This document shows, piece after piece, positions 48,167 through 55,376 of a stretch of DNA of 55,376 bases (position 1 is its first letter; every line of letters starts with the position of its first letter). This stretch comes from Candidatus Iainarchaeum sp. GTDB lineage: Archaea > Iainarchaeota > Iainarchaeia > JAGGVJ01. Below the pieces are notes generated by a model, which made no database searches, was not told the DNA's origin, and saw only the letters and a list, made by a program, of their open reading frames with translations. The stretch lies in contig JAGGVJ010000045.1 in NCBI GenBank assembly GCA_021158055.1, forward strand, positions 1-55,376. Direction: 5' to 3'. Both the position numbers and the translations under genes were made by a program.

Positions 48167-49306
48167 TCAAGCAAAAAAATTAACAAGCAAATACGTCAAA
48201 AAATTTCCTTTGAAAAAATAAGTCAAAAGAACCCCCACAAAAAGCACCGGTGCAAAAGATATCGTTTCCTGAACTTTTATCCTGTCTGAATCAAGCAAAC
48301 CATTCTCCAGCCTGTAAAGCATCTCGCGAATATCCCATTCAGCTAAACCACCTGCTCTTCGCAAAAAAAGCACATTGTGATACCTTCGGAAGTCATCTGG
48401 AGATGAATCAAAAAGTATTTCCTTACCTTTTCCAGACATTGATTTTTCAAGAATCACTTTTTTGTAATGGTGGCGGCCTTTTTTGTTATCAATATCTTTT
48501 ATTCTCTCAAATGTTTCAACAGGCATCATTCCCGGCGCAAGATCAATTATTCTTTTTTCAATAGTAAAATTCCTTTTTGTAAGAGAAATAAGAATTAAAT
48601 AACCAAAAACGAACAATACAAATTTTTCAAAAAAACCTATCCAAAAAGAATAAGAAAGCATAACAGAACCTGCAAAAACAATTCTGATAATCACAAAAAT
48701 TGCCATCACAACATCTGTTTTCGAAGCAAACAATTTCTTTATTTTCGGAAAGATAATTATCATGACCGCCAGATTCAAAAAAGGATCAGATGGCATCCCA
48801 ATAAACAAAATAAACTGATTAAATACCCAGTAAAACCCCAGTAAATAAAGAACTTTTGAAACTATCCTTTCAAACGAAAAAATGTTTTTTACCTCCTGAG
48901 CCAATGTTTCCATCCTGAAAGAACGCACATTAAAAATTGTCAACGCGAAAAAAGCCAGCAAAAAACTGTTTATGAATATGGCAAACGAAGGAAAAAAAGA
49001 TATTAATTTGAAGTCATAAATACTGGTCGGAATAAGCAACGCATATGCTGTCATCAACTTGGCATCACCGGCAGGCCAAAAACCAACATACCACAATCCA
49101 AAGCCAAGAATAAACATGATCATTACATTTAGCAGGATATCAAATAAAAGCACGGGTTTTTGAAAAACCAAAAAAGAAGTAATAATTACGCCCGCTAAAA
49201 GAGCAATCATTATACATTTGTTGCTTACTTTTTTGTATTTTATATCATAAAAAGAAGTTACTAACCCAAAAATAAACACAAAGAAAAAATCAATCATAAC
49301 CAACAA
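48167..49306 (-). CDS. A24 family prepilin-type peptidase inside the radical SAM cluster
   Basis: SFYDIK and WPAGDAKL catalytic Asp pair. Many TM helices. C-terminal DLAPGM..GL..FAPVLFVG, similar to the 14887 paralog. Confidence 0.85.
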   Translation of the reverse strand: MLVMIDFFFVFIFGLVTSFYDIKYKKVSNKCIMIALLAGVIITSFLVFQKPVLLFDILLNVMIMFILGFGLWYVGFWPAGDAKLMTAYALLIPTSIYDFKLISFFPSFAIFINSFLLAFFALTIFNVRSFRMETLAQEVKNIFSFERIVSKVLYLLGFYWVFNQFILFIGMPSDPFLNLAVMIIIFPKIKKLFASKTDVVMAIFVIIRIVFAGSVMLSYSFWIGFFEKFVLFVFGYLILISLTKRNFTIEKRIIDLAPGMMPVETFERIKDIDNKKGRHHYKKVILEKSMSGKGKEILFDSSPDDFRRYHNVLFLRRAGGLAEWDIREMLYRLENGLLDSDRIKVQETISFAPVLFVGVLLTYFFKGNFLTYLLVNFFA

Positions 49307-49408
49307 TAGTTATTTTAAGTTTAAATCAATTTAGCTAAAATCAAACAAGTATTCATCCATAGCTGTATTTTGGAAAAGATGCTAATTTATCCCAAACAAA
49401 CTACTGCG

Positions 49409-49675
49409 CTACTCGCTTTCAGAATAAAGCCCTTCACACAACCTATTAATCTCCCTTACCTCTTCTTTAACTTCTTTTATATCCCTCTTCAATGAAGATA
49501 TGCCATCGTCCTGATTTTGATCAAGAACCAATACGCGAACAGCAGTCCTTTCTGAAATCTCAAGAGCCATTGAAGATTTATCCATAATTGAAGTCAGATA
49601 ATATATTGTCACAGCCTGTGCCAAAATAATTAAAACAAGAAGCACTGGGACCAATTTATTAGTATTACTGCTCAT
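49409..49675 (-). CDS. Small membrane-anchored coiled-coil protein
   Basis: One TM helix then a coiled coil. SD GGAGGGAGG before ATG 49675. Confidence 0.65.
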   Translation of the reverse strand: MSSNTNKLVPVLLVLIILAQAVTIYYLTSIMDKSSMALEISERTAVRVLVLDQNQDDGISSLKRDIKEVKEEVREINRLCEGLYSESE

Positions 49676-49851
49676 ATACCTCCCTCCCGAATACAATCAA
49701 AAATTATACTTGAATCTATTATTTACTAAAAATCTTTTATAAGTATATTAATATTACTTTATATTAATAGGTATGCTGTCAAAAAACATATCGTCAGCGG
49801 GTCGAAGTATCTCTGCACCTGCAATTGATAAAAAACAAAAGTGAATCCAGG

Positions 49852-50697
49852 ATGATAAAACGTTTCAACATCAATACCGGCACAATGTGCAACAATAACT
49901 GTCGTTTTTGTGTGATTGATCACAACGAAAAACCACGGAACACTTGTTTTGAAGATATAGAAAAAGAACTTGAAGTATTCAGAGAAAAAGGCATAAGAGA
50001 AATAGCCTTCGTTGGCGGCGAGGTTACAATTCGCAGAGATATCATTGAAATGATTTCGCTTGCGAAAAAACTTGGTTACGCTAAAATCCGGATTGTGAGC
50101 AATGGGAGGATGTATTGCTATCCTGATTTTTTGGAAAAAATCATCAAAGCAGGAGTGAACGGATTTACTGTCTCAATACACGCTCACAATGCGTCACTTG
50201 GGGATTACCTGTCAAGATCCAAAGGCAGTTTCACGCAGACAACAACAGGAATAAAAAACCTACGCAAAATGGGTTTCATTCCAAACATAAATATTGTGAT
50301 AAACAAATTAAACTATAAGCACCTTCCGGAAATCATCTCACTTTTAAATAGCTTTGACATAAACAACATACGCATGTCAATCATAAACCCTGAAGGGAAT
50401 GCAATGACTAATTTCAATGAAGTAGTGCCTACGCTGACTGAAATTACACCATATATAAAAAAATCAGCAAAAATCTGTGACAAAAACAACATCAGCCTAA
50501 CCATAAACTCCCTTCCTTTTTGCATACTGCCGGAGTGCAACAGATACAAAGACGAACCTTACAATATCTTAAACAAAATAAACATAAAACCCGAAAAATG
50601 CAATTCATGCATATATTTTGAGGTTTGTGACGGACTTCGGAAGGAATACGCTAAAAAATTCGGGTTTAAAGAAATAATGCCAATAAAAAATAACTAG
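49852..50697 (+). CDS. Radical SAM protein, HxsC-like #3
   Basis: CNNNCRFC, VGGEVTI, SNGRMY, LPFC, CNSCIYFEVCDG..Y...G. Alternative TTG start at 49825. Confidence 0.88.
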   Translation: MIKRFNINTGTMCNNNCRFCVIDHNEKPRNTCFEDIEKELEVFREKGIREIAFVGGEVTIRRDIIEMISLAKKLGYAKIRIVSNGRMYCYPDFLEKIIKAGVNGFTVSIHAHNASLGDYLSRSKGSFTQTTTGIKNLRKMGFIPNINIVINKLNYKHLPEIISLLNSFDINNIRMSIINPEGNAMTNFNEVVPTLTEITPYIKKSAKICDKNNISLTINSLPFCILPECNRYKDEPYNILNKINIKPEKCNSCIYFEVCDGLRKEYAKKFGFKEIMPIKNN

Positions 50698-50786
50698 TCA
50701 GTCTCAGCATGGATTGCAAAAAAATTAAAGCACGAATATTAAAAGGAAAAATTTCAATATTTTGTCATTTCAATCAATTTAATGCT

Positions 50787-51731
50787 TTATTGAATCGGCC
50801 TCAGTTCATCAGTGCCATATATATCCGCATAACTTTTCCAAACCCCCAGACAATGAGCATCCTCCACGCACAACTTACACGAAGGAGATTTTACTTTATT
50901 CCTCATCACACTAACAACAGAAGAATGAAGCGGACTTTTTGGATCAGAAGAAAGTATCTTATATTCATCACAATTTTTCAAATATTTATAAAAATAACAC
51001 AATGGCACACCGCAAAAAGGATTGGAAAAACCAATGCCTTTCTTTTCACATTTTTCTGCGGCTTGATCCAGATAACGTTCAACTTCTGATATCTTCGGGA
51101 CAATCCACTTGTTTTTTTGAGGACTGCCGTAAGGTTGTACAAAAGAAAATACAATCCTGCCAATTGAACCTGAAAATTCTTTGTCGATAAATTCCACAAA
51201 CTCGGGAAGAATCCTGTAATTAACAGAGTTTACAACAATATTCAAATCAACCGGAACACCCTCATGAATAAGGTTGTGAATTCCCGCAATAGTTTTTTTG
51301 AATGTGCCGGGGCTTCTTGTCAAAAAATCAGACATCTCCTCCAAATGCGAATGCAATGATATAAACGCACTTGCCAAGCCAGCTGAGACAAGGGCTTTCG
51401 TATAACTTTTATATGCAAATCTTATCGCGTTTGATTGAACGACAATCTTAACACCTTTTGAGTGGGCAAAAGAAATCAAATCAAATAAATCATCCCTTAT
51501 TGTCGGTTCGCCTCCTGTAAAGGTTATTTGGGTGCAACCTGTGCTAAGAAAACTTTTCAGCTCATTTAAAAGAAACTGCGGTTTCGGATTCTCAAATTGA
51601 GAATTACAAAATTCAACTGTTTTTTCTTGGCTAATCTGCATAATCTCTGATGTCTTATTTCCACCTTTGACATTGCAAAAAAAACAATTCTGGTTACAAG
51701 CCAACCCCGTCCTGAAAATATTATCCACCAT
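50787..51731 (-). CDS. Radical SAM protein, HxsC-like #4
   Basis: CNQNCFFC, TGGEPTI, QSNA, GVPLC, CKLCVEDAHCLGVW..Y...GTDELRP. Confidence 0.88.
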   Translation of the reverse strand: MVDNIFRTGLACNQNCFFCNVKGGNKTSEIMQISQEKTVEFCNSQFENPKPQFLLNELKSFLSTGCTQITFTGGEPTIRDDLFDLISFAHSKGVKIVVQSNAIRFAYKSYTKALVSAGLASAFISLHSHLEEMSDFLTRSPGTFKKTIAGIHNLIHEGVPVDLNIVVNSVNYRILPEFVEFIDKEFSGSIGRIVFSFVQPYGSPQKNKWIVPKISEVERYLDQAAEKCEKKGIGFSNPFCGVPLCYFYKYLKNCDEYKILSSDPKSPLHSSVVSVMRNKVKSPSCKLCVEDAHCLGVWKSYADIYGTDELRPIQ

Positions 51732-51732
51732 A

Positions 51733-52641
51733 TTACCCTATTGGCTGAAACTCTTCCCACCCTCTCTTTTGAGGATACTCACACCAAGGACCCTCACACT
51801 GACTGTCATAAATGCATTTGCTGCACAACGGTCCCTTTGATTTTCCCATATTTCTTCGCACTTCCGTAAAATTTCTGATATTGGAACTTACACTGCGTAT
51901 CTCTGTTTCAGGTATGAATCTCTCTGAGCAAAAAGATTCATAACCTTTCATAAAACAAAACGGGTATGCTTCAGCCATCACAGAAACACCCGCGTTTATA
52001 CCAATATCAAGAGCACGGTGAACAAACGGTTCTACTTTGCTTTTTAGCGGAACAATGCTATCAAAATATTTGAATGCATTTCCCTGAGGATGCACAAAAG
52101 CAAACTGAAACTGATCAACCCCAAGATTAACAAGCAACTTGGCTATATCAGGCAAAAATTCATAGTTTGGTTTTGTGATTACAGTATTTGAAGCGACATA
52201 CAACCCCAAAGATTTTGCGTTCACAATCCCTTGAGAGGTCTGCTTAAAGCTGCCTGGTGAACGGGTCAGGTAATCATGAAGTTGGGAATTGTGCCCATGA
52301 AGAGCAGGGGATATTTCGGTTGCCCCGCAATCCACAAGTTTCCTTACAAATGATTTATAATAAAGCATTCTTCCGTTTGTCTGAATCTGAATTATTTCAT
52401 AATCAAGAGCCCTTGCAAAAGAGACTATTTCAAATACATCAGGGCGAATAGTGACCTCGCCCCCTGTAAAAACCACTTCTCCAGCACCGTTTTCTTTTCC
52501 TACTGCAAGGTCTTTTTTTATCTCTTCAGTTGTTTTATCAAGGCTTTTTCCCGAATTTCGGTTTTCTGCGATAACGCAAAAACGACAGTTATTGTTACAT
52601 TTAAATCCAACTTTTAAGTCAAGCCGGTCCTTTTTTTTCAT
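51733..52641 (-). CDS. Radical SAM protein, HxsC-like #5
   Basis: RLDLKVGFKCNNNCRFC, TGGEVTI, QTNGRM, YPFC, CSKCIYDSQCEG. Start moved to ATG 52641. Confidence 0.88.
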   Translation of the reverse strand: MKKKDRLDLKVGFKCNNNCRFCVIAENRNSGKSLDKTTEEIKKDLAVGKENGAGEVVFTGGEVTIRPDVFEIVSFARALDYEIIQIQTNGRMLYYKSFVRKLVDCGATEISPALHGHNSQLHDYLTRSPGSFKQTSQGIVNAKSLGLYVASNTVITKPNYEFLPDIAKLLVNLGVDQFQFAFVHPQGNAFKYFDSIVPLKSKVEPFVHRALDIGINAGVSVMAEAYPFCFMKGYESFCSERFIPETEIRSVSSNIRNFTEVRRNMGKSKGPLCSKCIYDSQCEGPWCEYPQKRGWEEFQPIG

Positions 52642-52771
52642 AAAGTTATTTAAACATTCAAAACATATTAACTTTGTGTAAAATAACGATGTCAAGTTGT
52701 TATTTTTAAATTTTGAGATTGCCGCCGTCATTATATATTTAAAAATAAGAACCTTAAAAACAGATGATCTT

Positions 52772-53113
52772 ATGCCTGAAGAAAGTACTTTTCAAATGCT
52801 TGATAATGTAAAGATTGACAGCAAAAAAATGAACGCACACATAACTGTAAATCCGAAAATACACCCACCATCAACAATATACTCTTCATGTTACACCCTC
52901 TTTGATAAAAATTATGTTTTCATAACTGAATCTGACGATAAATTCAAAATAGAAATAACCCCAAAAAAAGATACTTCAATAAAAGATTTCGGACTCACCT
53001 GCGGCAATTTCAACAACCTGCTCATTACACAAACAAGCAACCTGTTTTTCATATCCAAAAACAAGAAACTAAATAACATCATCCTAAAAGGGGTTGAAAA
53101 AGCACATATTTAA
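52772..53113 (+). CDS. hxsD: HxsD-like protein
   Basis: ITVNPKIH...IYSSCY.L.D..YV......I.I.PK......GNFNNLL resembles the HxsD pattern as recalled. Context supports the call. Start at ATG 52772. Confidence 0.65.
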   Translation: MPEESTFQMLDNVKIDSKKMNAHITVNPKIHPPSTIYSSCYTLFDKNYVFITESDDKFKIEITPKKDTSIKDFGLTCGNFNNLLITQTSNLFFISKNKKLNNIILKGVEKAHI

Positions 53114-53181
53114 CCAACTAATACACTAAATCATATTCATCTCTTGGATGAATATTACCCATCAACAGGAAAAGGGATTAA

Positions 53182-53448
53182 ATGAAAGAAATTGAAATTG
53201 ATGAAAACAATAAAAAAGCAACAATCTCGTTCACAAAAAAAATATATTTCATTGAAGCAGTTATAAAAACAATTAACAATTTTCGAGAATTCTGCGACGT
53301 AACACTTGCAGAAACAGATGATTCAATCCAGATAACAATTGAACCAAAATCCAACACCCTGCCCCTAACTGAAATCGCAAATGAATTTTGCAACCACGTT
53401 TTAAATGAATCAAAGAATACATATGATGACAGTCAAAAGGTGATTTAA
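53182..53448 (+). CDS. Second HxsD-like protein
   Basis: ISFTKKIY..EAV......F......I.I.PK......EFCNHVL, paralogous to the previous ORF. Confidence 0.65.
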   Translation: MKEIEIDENNKKATISFTKKIYFIEAVIKTINNFREFCDVTLAETDDSIQITIEPKSNTLPLTEIANEFCNHVLNESKNTYDDSQKVI

Positions 53449-54894
53449 CTGACTTTTAGTTTTTTTGACACTCCAATCAACCTTAAATATATCATCAACG
53501 ATTACACGGCAAAAAAAATAGGTGACAACCAATATTTCGTGTCAGTAAAACACGGCCCGTGGGCAATACTTGATTCAGAAGATTTTGATCTTTTGAAAAC
53601 CGGCCGGTTAAACGAAAAAAAAGAACTCCTTGATTTTTTACACGAAAAACACATTGTCTTAAGTGAAAACAACATCAATAAAGCAGCACATATCCTGAGT
53701 GAAAGATGCAGTCATATTACTAACGGCGTAACTCTTCACATTGTTGTCCCGACACTGAGATGCACCAACAAATGCGTCTACTGCCATGCCAAATCAAAAG
53801 ACGAGAACGCAAAGGGATATGATATGGATGAGGACACTGCAAAACAAACTGTTGACTTTATATTTGACACTCCTTCAAACAATCTCACTATTGAATTCCA
53901 GGGAGGAGAACCGCTTCTGAACTTTGATATTGTGAGATATATCGTGGACTACGCAAAACTGCTTGGAAAGGAAAAAAACAAAGAAATCCAGTTTGCTCTT
54001 GTCTCAAACTTTGCAAAAATGGACAAAGACATAGCTGACTTTATCATCTCAAACAGAATCGGACTTAACACATCTCTTGACGGCCCGAAAGAAGTCCATG
54101 ACAAAAACAGAAAATATAAGGGCAGGGGCACATATGAAACAGTGGTTTATTGGATTGATTACCTGCTCAAGGAACGAAACTACAAGTCCCTTTCAGCTTT
54201 ACCGACGCCTTCAAGACATTCGCTTGATTATCCAAAAGAAATAGTTGATGAATACATAGAAAGAGGCTTCGACAGGATTTTCATACGCTACCTGAACCGC
54301 GCCGGATTTGCCGAACAGGACTGGGATAAAATTGGATACACTGCCGATGAATTTTTGGATTTTTGGCTAAAGACATTGGATTATATAATTGAATTAAACA
54401 AGCAAAAAGTCGAAATCAGAGAAAGGTGGACTGAAACAATACTTTCAAAACTGATAAATCCAATACACGGCGGATACACCTGCTTGGGATCCCCTTGTGG
54501 AGCGACACTCATCCAGTTAGCTTACGAATCAAACGGAGACATTTACTCTTGCGACGAATCAAGATCTGTTGAATTATTCAAGATAGGGAACGTAAAAGAA
54601 CAAAGATACAGTGATGTAATCACATCAGAACAGGTAAAAACAATCATTTCGCTTTCTTCAGGACTAATGAACAGTTGCGATTCGTGTGTTTGGCATCCTT
54701 ACTGCGGAGCGTGCCTTGTCAGTTTATACAATTCAACCGGAAGCTTCAATTCCAACCCGCGGCAGGACGTGGGGTGCTTAATTAAAAGCGGCTCTATCGA
54801 ACAGATAATAAAAAAACTTGCACAAAAAGATGAAGACACCGACATATTACTTGGGTGGCTGGAAAAGAAAAGATTAATATACAAAATAAAGTAA
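53449..54894 (+). CDS. hxsB: His-Xaa-Ser system radical SAM/SPASM maturase HxsB
   Basis: LHIVVPTLRCTNKCVYC, IEFQGGEPL, TSLDGP..HD.NR, SPCGA...LAY...GDIYSCDE.R, CDSCVWHPYCG. Frame is open back to CTG 53449, preceded by SD AGGTGAT. Track start is GTG 53539. Confidence 0.88.
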   Translation: MTFSFFDTPINLKYIINDYTAKKIGDNQYFVSVKHGPWAILDSEDFDLLKTGRLNEKKELLDFLHEKHIVLSENNINKAAHILSERCSHITNGVTLHIVVPTLRCTNKCVYCHAKSKDENAKGYDMDEDTAKQTVDFIFDTPSNNLTIEFQGGEPLLNFDIVRYIVDYAKLLGKEKNKEIQFALVSNFAKMDKDIADFIISNRIGLNTSLDGPKEVHDKNRKYKGRGTYETVVYWIDYLLKERNYKSLSALPTPSRHSLDYPKEIVDEYIERGFDRIFIRYLNRAGFAEQDWDKIGYTADEFLDFWLKTLDYIIELNKQKVEIRERWTETILSKLINPIHGGYTCLGSPCGATLIQLAYESNGDIYSCDESRSVELFKIGNVKEQRYSDVITSEQVKTIISLSSGLMNSCDSCVWHPYCGACLVSLYNSTGSFNSNPRQDVGCLIKSGSIEQIIKKLAQKDEDTDILLGWLEKKRLIYKIK

Positions 54895-54926
54895 ATGTGT
54901 TTACAACTGATAAAAGATAGATATTC

Positions 54927-55376
54927 ATGAAAAAACTGCAACTCCCAAAAATAAAAAAAACAATTGAATCATTCCTGTGTGAAGAAACTGCAAAACTCTC
55001 AAAAGAACAAGTGGTTACAACAGGACTCAAACTGTCAATAATAGCTGGAGCTGCAACACTTATTACTTCAGACAGCCACGCATGCAACTGTGATTGCGTA
55101 AGTGTATGTCACTGCAAACACGCGAGTCATGACAATTATGACGGCCCGCATGAACCTGACGCAGTAAGTGGTGAAGGCATGGAAATGGATTACAACTCGG
55201 CTTGTGCCTCAAAACTGTCTGCATTCCACACCCATTACGATCCAGAAAATTATAGCTGTTCTTGCAAAAACGATTGCGGTTGCAACTCATATCACAATTC
55301 CCACGGAAGCCACTCAAGCCACGGAAGCCACGGAAGCCACGGAAGCCACGGAAGCCACTCAAGCCACAGCAACAGT
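54927..55376 (+). CDS. hxsA: His-Xaa-Ser repeat precursor peptide (HxsA-like), truncated by window end, not in ORF track
   Basis: 150 open codons: MKKLQLPKIKKTIESFLCEETAKLSKEQVVTTGLKLSIIAGAATLITSDSHACNCDCVSVCHCKHASHDN...SCSCKNDCGCNSYHNSHGSHSSHGSHGSHGSHGSHSSHSNS. Lies directly downstream of hxsB. Confidence 0.88.
   Translation, partial: MKKLQLPKIKKTIESFLCEETAKLSKEQVVTTGLKLSIIAGAATLITSDSHACNCDCVSVCHCKHASHDNYDGPHEPDAVSGEGMEMDYNSACASKLSAFHTHYDPENYSCSCKNDCGCNSYHNSHGSHSSHGSHGSHGSHGSHSSHSNS
55293..55373 (+). repeat. 9-bp coding tandem repeat (CACGGAAGC consensus) encoding His-Xaa-Ser
   Basis: HNS HGS HSS HGS HGS HGS HGS HSS followed by HSN. Confidence 0.95.

Noticed and set aside
53182-54894. Stop-codon recoding giving an HxsD-HxsB fusion
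   Set aside because: TAA is used as a normal stop throughout the window, and an SD plus CTG explains the open frame more simply.
55063-55362. Minus-strand ORF with GFRGFR repeats
   Set aside because: It is the antisense reading of the HxS repeat. The plus-strand ORF fits the hxsB context.

Overview
Archaeal chromosomal segment, probably DPANN. The lineage call is inference from GatDE, RadB, Pelota, ABCE1, CDC48, an intron-containing tRNA-Pro, and bacterial-type ThrRS and iPGM. Housekeeping genes are mixed with a large type IV pilus inventory: an ATPase, two TadB/C-like platform proteins, an EppA-like peptidase and about 19 class III signal-peptide proteins in four clusters, including five very small pilins missed by the ORF track. 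There is also a 1334-aa Cys-rich surface protein and a TnpB-only IS200/IS605 element whose tnpB carries a 54-bp in-frame double-hairpin insertion. The most striking feature is at about 46.2-55.4 kb: an expanded His-Xaa-Ser (HxS) RiPP-like cluster. It has six radical SAM enzymes (HxsB plus five HxsC-like), two HxsD-like proteins, its own A24 prepilin peptidase, and an unannotated Cys/His-rich precursor that runs off the window end in HxS repeats. Several intergenic tandem repeats are copies of the adjacent gene's start or stop region. All calls come from reading the sequence by eye; no searches or computations were run.
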